This document shows, piece after piece, positions 8,097-15,810 of a stretch of 43,644 nt of DNA. A program made the position numbers and the translations under genes. This DNA is from a virus. Lineage: Duplodnaviria; Caudoviricetes. Where the stretch lies: positions 1 to 43,644 of IMG/VR virus record IMGVR_UViG_3300048631_000674. One strand, 5' to 3'. The number at the start of each line of letters is the position of its first letter. Within the stretch, counting starts at the first letter, position 1. The notes beneath the pieces are model-generated. The model saw only the letters and a list, made by a program, of their open reading frames with translations. It searched no databases and was not told the origin of the DNA.

Positions 8097-9169
8097 GCCG
8101 CCTCCTCATCCTGCTCGAGGAAGGGGAGCGCCTGGTCCTTGATGTAGGCGCCGCGACCTTCGGGGGCCATGCGCTCGAGACGCTCGGCCTCGGCGCGGAG
8201 CTCCCCAACCTTGAGGTTGTGCATGGATTCGATGTTGTCGCGCTGGTAGAGGAAGTGCTTGTAGCCATCCTGAAGCCGGGCGACCTCACGAGAGCCGAGC
8301 CCGGCCGCCTTGAGCCCCTGGCCGATCACGGCCCAGAGCTTTCGACTCGCCGCGTTCCAGTCCGACTCCGAGGCGTCCTTGTCCTCGAGGCCGAGCGCCT
8401 TGAGGATGCGCGAGCGCCTGGCCTCCACCCCATCCTTCTCGAGCGTGGCGATGTATTTGGAGAGGGTCTCGGCCTCCAGCTCGCCGATGTCGCCGCCTCC
8501 TGCGCAGTGAGACGCGAAGGCTTCTCCCTGCTCGACGCTCACGCCTGTCTCTTCGATCAACTCGCCGAACCGATAGATCTGCTCGTCGGTCGCCAGCTCC
8601 ACGGCCTTGCTCTCGAGCTGCTTTGTTTCGTGGAACTCCGCCTCGATGACCTGATCGGGAGCGGAGTAGGTGGGCTCCTCCTGGTCGCCGTCCAGCTCGC
8701 CGTGCACGTACACGCCGAGCAAGGCGTCCGGGAACGCTGCTCGAGCAGCGCGCGAGATGGCGCGAGCCTTGAGCATGTCTTGAGGGTACTGCGCCCACGT
8801 GCCCTTGCCCCAAAGCCCCGCGCGCTGTGCGTCAGATCGCGTGAAGGTGTAGTGCTTTGGCTCCTGCCAGCCATCACGAAGAACCTCCACGCTCGCCTCC
8901 ACCTCGCCCATCGTGACGACGAAGCGCTTGCACGCGCCGTGACGAAGCACGACCGCCATCATCATGTCCGCAGACAGCGTCGGTTTGCCCTTGATGACGT
9001 GGATGCCACGCAGGGACGCCAGAGGGTCGAGCCCGAGCGCGGCGCCTGTCGCGACGATCCACAGCGCGTCCTCCGCTTTCTTGACGCCACAGAAGGTGCT
9101 CCTGCTGAGGCGCTCGCTGATGGTCGCCAGCGTGCTGAAGTCGTCCATGCTCTTGATGATGTTCACCAT
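8093..9169 (-). CDS. RecT-like single-strand annealing protein
   Basis: GAALGLDPLASLRGIHVIKGKPTLSADMM...AQRAGLWGKGTWAQYPQDMLKARAISRAARAAFPDALLGVY; start trimmed to ATG 9169 (GAGGAG SD). Confidence 0.8.
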   Translation of the reverse strand: MVNIIKSMDDFSTLATISERLSRSTFCGVKKAEDALWIVATGAALGLDPLASLRGIHVIKGKPTLSADMMMAVVLRHGACKRFVVTMGEVEASVEVLRDGWQEPKHYTFTRSDAQRAGLWGKGTWAQYPQDMLKARAISRAARAAFPDALLGVYVHGELDGDQEEPTYSAPDQVIEAEFHETKQLESKAVELATDEQIYRFGELIEETGVSVEQGEAFASHCAGGGDIGELEAETLSKYIATLEKDGVEARRSRILKALGLEDKDASESDWNAASRKLWAVIGQGLKAAGLGSREVARLQDGYKHFLYQRDNIESMHNLKVGELRAEAERLERMAPEGRGAYIKDQALPFLEQDEEAA

Positions 9170-9426
9170 GGTGTCTCCTCCATGTCGGTAAGCAGCTCGC
9201 CTTCGAGCGCTTCGAGTTTGTCGATAAGTTCGTAGAGCCCGAGGTTGTTCGCGATCTCGCGCCGCCTCACCTCGAGGTCGTCGAGGTGGCCCGCGTCCGC
9301 TTCTCGCTTTGTCCACAGGTCGAGCAGGCGGATCTTGGCGCGAACGCTCTGGCGCAAGCGACCGACCTCCTTGACCGGATCGAGCCTCTTGGTGGTCTCG
9401 GGGTATTCAGGGGCGTGCGCTCTCAT
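9163..9426 (-). CDS. Hypothetical protein
   Basis: MRAHAPEYPETT...; coupled overlaps. Confidence 0.55.
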   Translation of the reverse strand: MRAHAPEYPETTKRLDPVKEVGRLRQSVRAKIRLLDLWTKREADAGHLDDLEVRRREIANNLGLYELIDKLEALEGELLTDMEETPW

Positions 9427-9668
9427 GCAGCCTCCAGCAGTTCGGCCAGGGCTCGCTCGAGTTCCAGCTCGCGTCTTCGCAGCGGCGCGACCGTTTCCTG
9501 CTCGAGCTCCGCCACGCGCCTTTCGATGTGCATCGCCTGGCCTGGTCGACACCCGCGGATTGCGCGGCGTTCGTACTCGTCGACCTTTGCCTCGGCGATC
9601 TGGCGCCTGGTGCGAATCCGAGCGAGTTCATGTTCGAGCTCGTTCTGTTCTTTGATGTCCAAAACCAA
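9423..9668 (-). CDS. Small coiled-coil protein, first gene of the leftward operon
   Basis: TTG start near GGAGG (true start may be 9662); follows the leftward promoter. Confidence 0.6.
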   Translation of the reverse strand: MVLDIKEQNELEHELARIRTRRQIAEAKVDEYERRAIRGCRPGQAMHIERRVAELEQETVAPLRRRELELERALAELLEAA

Positions 9669-9682
9669 CCTCCGAGAAGATG

Positions 9683-9853
9683 ATTCAACCTCATACAGGT
9701 GGATTTTAGGGGCTGAATCAATCCCGTCAAGAACGAATCCACCGAATAGAGGTGGCTATTTTCTTTTTTGGGTGTATTGTTTGAACATGATCGCATTCGG
9801 CTGGAGATCGAAACCGCCGTGAGCTTGAGGAAAACACCGCATAGAGGTAGATA
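9683..9853. promoter_or_regulatory. Three operator-like inverted repeats (approx. WWTCYACC-N7-GGTRGAWW)
   Basis: 9683 ATTCAACC-N7-GGTGGATT; 9736 AATCCACC-N7-GGTGGCTA; 9831 AAAACACC-N7-GGTAGATA. Confidence 0.75.
9703..9730 (-). promoter_or_regulatory. Leftward sigma70-type early promoter
   Basis: TTGACG-N16-TAAAAT on the minus strand; the -10 overlaps the operator at 9683-9705. Confidence 0.6.
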
Positions 9854-9866
9854 AGGAGGTCAAGAC

Positions 9867-10205
9867 ATGATCGCGGCAGCGACGAGAGACACAATCGCAC
9901 CATACTTGGAGCCAGTTGTGACAGACGAAGAGTACGCCCAGATGTGGCGAGAGGCGCTCGGTGGTGAGTTCAAGGCCCTCAGGCAAGAACGCACGGAGCT
10001 CAATCAAAAAGAAATGAGCGAGAAGCTGGGTTGGAACAGCGTTCAAGTCGCCAAGCTGGAGCGTGGCATCAGGATGGCGGTGGACTATCACCTCATCTAC
10101 GCACGCTATCTGGAGGCTGACTTCGCAGACTTGGTCGAGAGCGCCCAGTACGAAGTTGAAAGGCTCATCAAGCGGCGCGAAATCTACGGTGACTCAGACG
10201 AGTGA
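9867..10205 (+). CDS. XRE-family HTH regulator (repressor/Cro-like)
   Basis: FKALRQERTELNQKEMSEKLGWNSVQVAKLERG; AAGGAGG SD; no S24 peptidase domain. Confidence 0.88.
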   Translation: MIAAATRDTIAPYLEPVVTDEEYAQMWREALGGEFKALRQERTELNQKEMSEKLGWNSVQVAKLERGIRMAVDYHLIYARYLEADFADLVESAQYEVERLIKRREIYGDSDE

Positions 10206-10278
10206 AGAGCTCGCTGCGGCCAAGATAAGTTTGTAGCTACCTCTTTCAGACAGAGACAGCCCTGAAATCAAACTGGCT

Positions 10279-10335
10279 TTGCTTGCAAGAAGGGTTAGTT
10301 GTAAGCTAAAAAAATCCACCCTAATGAGGTAGAAA
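10279..10335 (+). promoter_or_regulatory. Rightward promoter with fourth operator copy
   Basis: TTGCTT-N17-TAAGCT (10279-10307), then AATCCACC-N7-GGTAGAAA (10313-10335) abutting the ATG at 10336. Confidence 0.6.
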
Positions 10336-10635
10336 ATGCCGCATGAAGATAAAAATAATCGACCCAGAAAAGCTTGGCGGCAGTCGTTAGCAAAGAGTGG
10401 CGTGGACTATGCTCGTGACCTGACCGCCATCATCGTTCATGCACAGCGTGAGCCTGACCGACCATGCTCTTGTAGCCATCTCTCACCCAAAGAGGTCGAG
10501 TGCGCTCGAGATTGGGAGCAGGGCCGTGTCTGGCACGTCATCGGCTCAGCAGTACGCGATGGTTTTGTGAGCAATGTGAGATGGGACGAGCAGCAGGAAA
10601 CCCTCGGTTTCGAACTGACCCTCACCGAACTCTAA
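10336..10635 (+). CDS. Hypothetical protein (cII-like position)
   Basis: 99 aa ORF directly after the operator/promoter. Confidence 0.55.
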   Translation: MPHEDKNNRPRKAWRQSLAKSGVDYARDLTAIIVHAQREPDRPCSCSHLSPKEVECARDWEQGRVWHVIGSAVRDGFVSNVRWDEQQETLGFELTLTEL

Positions 10636-10706
10636 ACAAAAAGGCCCCGCTTGACTGGAACTCAAGCGGGGCCTCTAACCATGACCTGATAAGGAGGTCA
10701 CATGTC
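10636..10706 (-). ncRNA. Putative ~70-nt antisense sRNA (OOP/sar-like)
   Basis: Bounded by a minus-strand consensus promoter (10712-10740) and intrinsic terminator (10638-10674); carries CCUCCUU at the top of a hairpin. Confidence 0.55.
10638..10674 (-). terminator. Intrinsic terminator (minus strand)
   Basis: 13-bp perfect stem AGGCCCCGCTTGA/TCAAGCGGGGCCT followed by a U-tract on the minus strand. Confidence 0.8.
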
Positions 10707-10711
10707 TATGA

Positions 10712-10740
10712 ATTGTATTCTGACGAAACCTGGGGGTCAA
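10712..10740 (-). promoter_or_regulatory. Sigma70-type antisense promoter
   Basis: TTGACC-N17-TACAAT on the minus strand. Confidence 0.7.
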
Positions 10741-10749
10741 CGCCCCCTC

Positions 10750-11445
10750 TTACTTGCGACAGGTCTTGTTGCAAGAAATGCAAGTGTTCCCGCAAGGGCA
10801 ACCCTTGCTGCAACTCTTGGTGGTGGCACCGTCCCAGCCTTCAGCCTCGCGCGCCGCACGTCGAGCGGCAGCTCTCTCCCGTTCCTTCTTCTCAAGGGCT
10901 GCCTGCCTTCTTTTCTTGAGGATTCTCGCTCTTTTTTCGGCAGCCTTCCGCTTTTCTTCGTCTTCACGTGCCTTCTTGGCTTCGAGAGCGAGCAGCGCTT
11001 GAGTTTCAGGATCGGTGTCGAACCAAGCACTTTCAGCCGCCTCGATCAGCAGCTCAGACGCGAAGGCTGCAACGTTCTCTTCGTTTGCGATGCGTTCGAG
11101 TCTCGCGTCTTCCTCCGCGAGCATCCTGTCCCGTTCATCTCGCCACACAGTCTCTGCCTCGAATGCAGCCAGTGCCGTTGCTCGAGAGACCAGGAGCTTC
11201 GAGTCGTCGATGACAATGTATGTGTTCGCGTGAAGCATCACTGCTTCTTGCTTCGCTCGGACATCGGCGTTTCGGCGTTCTTCTTCTTGAAGAGCATCCT
11301 CTCGCGCTTTTTCAGCGTCGCGTTGCCGCTTCTGATCCGCCGCAGCCGAAGCAGCAGCCGGAGCGTAAGAAAGCGCCACGCTCGCAGCCGTCGAGCACCC
11401 AGAACCGAGCACACAAACAAGCGCCACAAACACGCGTCTCAACAT
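10750..11445 (-). CDS. Putative lipoprotein: coiled coil plus Cys-rich C-terminus (moron)
   Basis: Signal MLRRVFVALVCVLGSGC; long E/K/R/A coiled coil; KSCSKGCPCGNTCISCNKTCRK tail; opposite strand to its neighbours. Confidence 0.7.
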   Translation of the reverse strand: MLRRVFVALVCVLGSGCSTAASVALSYAPAAASAAADQKRQRDAEKAREDALQEEERRNADVRAKQEAVMLHANTYIVIDDSKLLVSRATALAAFEAETVWRDERDRMLAEEDARLERIANEENVAAFASELLIEAAESAWFDTDPETQALLALEAKKAREDEEKRKAAEKRARILKKRRQAALEKKERERAAARRAAREAEGWDGATTKSCSKGCPCGNTCISCNKTCRK

Positions 11446-11549
11446 CTCAATCGCCTCGTCGTATGTGAATTTAGATGCATGAAGGGTAGCTCGCATCTCG
11501 CCCGATCACAAGCGGGGTGGTTCGGACCCTACATGAAGGAGGTGCTTCG

Positions 11550-12659
11550 ATGAACCACCTCGACCACATCAAACAGCAGCTCGATGACGCAGGCATGTAC
11601 TTTGGCCTGGAGCGCGAGACGCTCCTGTGTCTCGCCGAACATGGCCGCGTGCTCGGCGATGCGCTCGGCGAGGAGATGACAGCGACCGCGCTGGCGTGCA
11701 TCCTAGGCTGCTCACCGCGCACCGCTCGTCGACGTATCAAGGCGCTCGAGGCGCTCGACCTCGAATGGTTCAAGCTCGAGTCAGGTCAACGCGGGTATGT
11801 GTATCTCATTAACCTGCATCGGCCCCCGGTCAAACTCCGGCCAAACCCCGGCCAAACCCCGGCCACAGACCGGCCAAACCCCGGCCAAAACGGCGATGGC
11901 ACGTCTCGTGCTACGTGTGCGCGGGCTTCCTCAAGAACCTATACCCTAAAGGGTATAGGAAAGGGAGGAGGTGGAGGTAACGTAGGAGTAGACTCTCACG
12001 CGTGTGCGTCCGCGCGAGGGTTGCCCCCCACCCCCACCCAGGAAGTCGGAGGCAGTTCGTCTCTTTCTCCGTCCCCCGAGGACGAGCGTCGCGCAGCTCC
12101 CAAACCTCCCGAGGTTATCGTCGGCGACCTCGAGGACCTCGCGCGCATCGAGCGCCTGGCCAACGAGCGCGCCACGCTCCCGGCCTACATCGAGCAGATC
12201 TTCCAGTGGTACGGCTGGCAAAAGCCCCCGACGGGTGCGGCTGCGGGGTGCGCCGCGACGCTCGCGCGCCATGGCGCTGACGACGGCGAGCTCCACGAGT
12301 TCGCGCTCGAGAAGCTCGCCAGGCTTTCGCTCGAGCGGCGACGTGGGTCCGTGGCGCTCAACGCGCTGATGGAAGACTTCGAGGAGTGGCGTGACAAGCG
12401 CGCTGCGGCGCGTGCAACGGCCAGGGCGCACATCGAGCGCATGGAGCACGCCGAACCGCCTTCACCTGACCCGCAATACGCAGAACCACCTGGCGAGAAC
12501 CTGACCCCGGCGCAGCGCGATGAGGTCATGGAGCAGTACATGCTGACCCCGGAAGAGGCCGAGCTTCGCAACGAGTGGAGGCGAGGGCTCTTTGACGGTG
12601 AGCACAGCATGACGCTCCAGGAGTGGTGTGCAGATCGAGGCGTGGAGGTGCGGGGATGA
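11550..12659 (+). CDS. Replication initiator (N-terminal HTH, lambda O-like position)
   Basis: MTATALACILGCSPRTARRRIKAL HTH; internal tandem iterons; followed by a DnaC-like gene. Confidence 0.75.
   Translation: MNHLDHIKQQLDDAGMYFGLERETLLCLAEHGRVLGDALGEEMTATALACILGCSPRTARRRIKALEALDLEWFKLESGQRGYVYLINLHRPPVKLRPNPGQTPATDRPNPGQNGDGTSRATCARASSRTYTLKGIGKGGGGGNVGVDSHACASARGLPPTPTQEVGGSSSLSPSPEDERRAAPKPPEVIVGDLEDLARIERLANERATLPAYIEQIFQWYGWQKPPTGAAAGCAATLARHGADDGELHEFALEKLARLSLERRRGSVALNALMEDFEEWRDKRAAARATARAHIERMEHAEPPSPDPQYAEPPGENLTPAQRDEVMEQYMLTPEEAELRNEWRRGLFDGEHSMTLQEWCADRGVEVRG
11826..11891 (+). repeat. Six tandem 11-bp repeats (CCGGCCAAACC), probable origin iterons
   Basis: CCGGTCAAACT, CCGGCCAAACC x2, CCGGCCACAGA, CCGGCCAAACC, CCGGCCAAAAC inside the initiator gene. 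Confidence 0.85.
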
Positions 12660-13480
12660 CAAACATCTTCGACCAGATCTTCAACGTGCTCGAGCTCCAG
12701 GCTGATGAGAAACCTCGCCAGCTAGCTCCAGACACCCCGAAGCCCGAACCCGTCGAGTGCGAGTGGTGCAAGCGCCCCGTCGACTGGATCTGGTCCGCGA
12801 TTCACAACAAGTGGCTCGAGCCAGGCATGCACACTCGGTGTCAGACCGAGCATGACTGGCAGGTGATGACCAAGCCTGCCATCCGCGAAGGGTCGCGTCA
12901 GCGCGCCTTCGAGACCGCGTGCCTTGCCGCTGGCCTGTCTCCCGAGCGCTACCGCGTGCTGCTCTCGAAGACGGATCGCATCGTGCTCGACGCGAGCCTC
13001 GAGGTCCTGATCGCCAAGGGCGGCGTGCGCTACCTGTTCGGGGGCTCTCGCTCGATGCGTCAGCTCCAGTGCGTCAGGACTCTCCAGACCTACCTCGAGC
13101 TTCACGTGCTCGCGCAAGGTCGCAAACCCACGGCTTACATCATCTCGGAGAGGTGGTGGCTCTCAGACCTGAAGGCGAGCTGGGACGACCCCTCGTTCAA
13201 GGCCCCGAGCGTGCAGGAGCTCGCGAGCGCGGACTTTCTAATCTGGCATGGCCTGGGCGAGATGGACCGGCTCTCGCGCTCGGGTTGGGAGGCGCGCGAA
13301 GTGAGCGACCTTATCGACCTTCGCGCCGCGAGCGGTCTGCCCACGTTGCTCTCGAGCGGTCTGCCCCCGAGAGGGCTTCGCAGCGAACACGCGGCGGCCT
13401 GGTCGCGCCTGGCGAGCGATGTGCTCGAGACGATGGTCGAAGACGCTTGTGTCATCGAATTGCGAGGAGTCGCCGCGTGA
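12656..13480 (+). CDS. DnaC/IstB-like helicase loader, Walker motifs degenerate
   Basis: N-terminal CEWC..C; ADFLIWHGLGE and DLIDLRAASGLPTLLSSGL parallel DLLILDDLGAE and IIDYRY..LPTIITSNL of DnaC/IstB. Confidence 0.65.
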   Translation: MTNIFDQIFNVLELQADEKPRQLAPDTPKPEPVECEWCKRPVDWIWSAIHNKWLEPGMHTRCQTEHDWQVMTKPAIREGSRQRAFETACLAAGLSPERYRVLLSKTDRIVLDASLEVLIAKGGVRYLFGGSRSMRQLQCVRTLQTYLELHVLAQGRKPTAYIISERWWLSDLKASWDDPSFKAPSVQELASADFLIWHGLGEMDRLSRSGWEAREVSDLIDLRAASGLPTLLSSGLPPRGLRSEHAAAWSRLASDVLETMVEDACVIELRGVAA

Positions 13481-13677
13481 TGCTCTGGCAGGAACAGATG
13501 ATCGCCGAGGCGATCCAGGAGATCAGCTTGCGACCCTCGAAGCGCTCGCTGCCTCCACCTGCCGAGGAGCGCGAGGAGGCGAGGAGAAGAGCACGAAAGT
13601 GGAAACGGATGAAGGCAGCGGGCAAGAGGCCCACGCCACCCATCACAGCTTATGAGGACGAGATATGGCGAGTGTGA
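13477..13677 (+). CDS. Small basic hypothetical protein
   Basis: GTGA overlap with the previous stop; GAGGAG SD. Confidence 0.5.
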   Translation: MMLWQEQMIAEAIQEISLRPSKRSLPPPAEEREEARRRARKWKRMKAAGKRPTPPITAYEDEIWRV

Positions 13678-14063
13678 ACAAGGCGATCATCATCGGAAAC
13701 CTCGGCGATGATCCCGAACTCCGACACACCCAATCGGGCGCCGCCGTGTGCAACATGCGCGTGGCGACCAACGAGACATGGAAGGACCGTGACGGCGAGC
13801 GTCATGAGCGCACCGAGTGGCACAGCATCGTGGTGTTCGGCAAGCAGGCTGAGAACTGCGCGAAGTACCTCGAGAAGGGTCGCAAGGTCTACGTGGAGGG
13901 TCGCCTCCAGACGCGCGAGTGGGAGGACCGCGATGGGAACAAGCGCTACACGACCGAGATCGTGGCCATGACAGTCCAGTTTATGGGCTCGAAGGGGGGC
14001 GGAGGTGGCTCTCGCCAGCGCGACGAGGCGCCTGCGTGGGACGATGACTCGATCCCGTTTTGA
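13665..14063 (+). CDS. ssb: Single-stranded DNA-binding protein
   Basis: [37 protein letters not shown] and acidic DDDSIPF tail. Confidence 0.97.
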   Translation: MASVNKAIIIGNLGDDPELRHTQSGAAVCNMRVATNETWKDRDGERHERTEWHSIVVFGKQAENCAKYLEKGRKVYVEGRLQTREWEDRDGNKRYTTEIVAMTVQFMGSKGGGGGSRQRDEAPAWDDDSIPF

Positions 14064-14122
14064 ACAAGGCCGCGCGGATGAACCGTGCGCACAACCGGCG
14101 CGAAGGCGCCAAGGAGAGGACG

Positions 14123-14392
14123 ATGACACAGCGAGTCGAAGCAAGATTTCATTGCGATGGCATGGACCTGGACGAGAACGGCACAGGCGAACTCCAGATG
14201 AGCGCGATGTGCTACGCGGGCGCGAACGCGCACTTCACTGAGGCAACGCCCAACGGCTCGATCGAGATGGCGATCGACGGCGAGAAGACTTTCGCCGCGC
14301 ACTACTTCAAACCCGGAAAGGTCTACCGCGTGATCTTCGAGGAACTCACCGATGAAGAGGACGCTCGCGAGCGCGAACTCGCGGGCGCGTGA
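14123..14392 (+). CDS. Conserved phage hypothetical protein
   Basis: VEARFHC...NAHFTEATPNGSIEMAID...FKPGKVYRVIFEE resembles a common small phage family; GGAGAGGA SD. Confidence 0.65.
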   Translation: MTQRVEARFHCDGMDLDENGTGELQMSAMCYAGANAHFTEATPNGSIEMAIDGEKTFAAHYFKPGKVYRVIFEELTDEEDARERELAGA

Positions 14393-14433
14393 CCTTCGAG
14401 GCATGGCGCGCGCCTCCCACAAGCGCGCCGCAC

Positions 14434-14594
14434 GGGGCCAGTAGTGCAATAGGTAGCACGCCCGGCGCGGAGCTGGGGATCAATCCTTTGCAAGGGAGCG
14501 ATCGGTTTGTTCGATGCACACAGTAGAGAGTCGCGAATCTTGCTGTTCACTGCATCGACAGTCTTAGGTGTGGGTTCGAGTCCCACCTGGCCTC
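14434..14594 (+). ncRNA. tRNA-like RNA with a 92-nt structured insert at the variable arm
   Basis: Acceptor GGGGCCAG/CTGGCCTC, U8-A9, D arm GTGC-AATAGGTA-GCAC, arm CCCGG-CGCGGAG-CTGGG, T arm GTGGG-TTCGAGT-CCCAC; insert 14478-14569 folds into two hairpins. Confidence 0.75.
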
Positions 14595-14631
14595 CTGGAA
14601 CATTCAAGGAACTCAACCATGGAGTGAAGAG

Positions 14632-14997
14632 ATGACGGAACTGAAGCAGGTGAAGGAAGCGCTCGAGGATATCGTCAAGCTCGCGTCGAAGGGGATCGAT
14701 AATCCGGTGCTCTTGACCATCGAGAACGAAGCGAGCGACGCGCTCGTGGAGCTCGAGCGCTATCAGGAATCGCGGCTGCGCATCCTCGAAAATGCAGTGC
14801 CTGGCGGTGTGTCTGACGATGCCCCCATCGGGTTGACGGACGGGGATATGGCTCGGCTCGTCATGGGTGTCGTCGAGGAGCTTCGGCGAACGACTCACCT
14901 TTCCATGCCAGAAGTGCGTCATGCGCTCATCCAGGTGAGCGGAGGATCGCCGCCGACGTTCTACGACGCGGTATGCAAGACATTGGCGAGGTTGTAG
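14632..14997 (+). CDS. Hypothetical protein
   Basis: 121 aa helical ORF with GGAG SD, right after the tRNA-like RNA. Confidence 0.65.
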   Translation: MTELKQVKEALEDIVKLASKGIDNPVLLTIENEASDALVELERYQESRLRILENAVPGGVSDDAPIGLTDGDMARLVMGVVEELRRTTHLSMPEVRHALIQVSGGSPPTFYDAVCKTLARL

Positions 14998-15091
14998 CAG
15001 CAGCCGAGGTTTGAGTGAGCAAGCACAAACACAAAACGATCGTCGCGTCATGCGTCCTGCTGGTGCTGGCGTCGACGCAAAGGAGGCCAAG

Positions 15092-15496
15092 GTGATGACG
15101 GGATTCTCGATCTTGGTAGGGCACTTGGTGGGCGACTACCTGTTGCAAAACGACTGGCTTGCAAATCGGAAGGTCTTCGATGCCGAGAACCAGCTTACCC
15201 ACTCGCCGCTGCCATGCCTGATCCACGTCACGCTCTACACGCTGGCGTCGTTCGCTGCGGTGGAACTCGCGAACTTCGCCGCGGGCGCCGAGATGTGGCC
15301 AGCGTGGGCGTGGGTGATCATCGCGGTGACGCACTGGTTCATGGATCGCTATCGGCTCGCTGCAAGGTGGATGGACGTGATCGGTCAGCGAGGGTTCAAG
15401 GAGCACATGTCGCCGTGGTCCGTGATCATCGTCGATAACTCCATCCATTTGCTCACTGCGTGGATTGTGGCGCTCGTCGTCGCTCATCTTCGGTGA
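15092..15496 (+). CDS. DUF3307-family membrane protein
   Basis: GHLVGDYLLQ, IHVTLY, THWFMD and VDNSIH His/Asp motifs in hydrophobic helices; AGGAGG SD. Confidence 0.78.
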   Translation: MMTGFSILVGHLVGDYLLQNDWLANRKVFDAENQLTHSPLPCLIHVTLYTLASFAAVELANFAAGAEMWPAWAWVIIAVTHWFMDRYRLAARWMDVIGQRGFKEHMSPWSVIIVDNSIHLLTAWIVALVVAHLR

Positions 15497-15512
15497 GTCG
15501 GGAGGGCAACCC

Positions 15513-15710
15513 ATGAAGAGGATCAAGAAGCGGTCGAAGAAGGAACGCCGAGGCCATCGCACGACACGCAAGGCGAGCCGGCGCGCTCAGGCGAATCGGC
15601 GTGATGTGCCGGACGGTGCAGGCCAGTCGCTGCACCTCGACCTGTACTTGCCCATGGCGATGGCCGTGGCGTTGCACTGTTCGAGAATCGCGGCAAAGCA
15701 AAGGAGGTAG
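15513..15710 (+). CDS. Small basic hypothetical protein
   Basis: GGAGGG SD; K/R-rich N-terminus. Confidence 0.45.
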   Translation: MKRIKKRSKKERRGHRTTRKASRRAQANRRDVPDGAGQSLHLDLYLPMAMAVALHCSRIAAKQRR

Positions 15711-15711
15711 C

Positions 15712-15810
15712 GTGAAGTGGTTTCATTGGCTGGCCATGGCGCCGATCGCTGGCGCGGCCATCATCATTTTCGCAGCGATGAAGCTGCTCGAGAAGTGGAG
15801 GAAGGCATGA
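15712..15810 (+). CDS. 32-aa single-TM peptide
   Basis: AGGAGG SD, GTG start, MKWFHWLAMAPIAGAAIIIFAAMKLLEKWRKA; stop overlaps the next ATG. Confidence 0.55.
   Translation: MKWFHWLAMAPIAGAAIIIFAAMKLLEKWRKA

Noticed and set aside
14434-14594. tmRNA, group I intron-containing tRNA, or ordinary tRNA-Pro(CGG)
   Set aside because: Has a full D stem, lacks the G3:U70 pair and is far shorter than tmRNA; the 92-nt insert is too short for group I and is not in the anticodon loop; U33 is absent.
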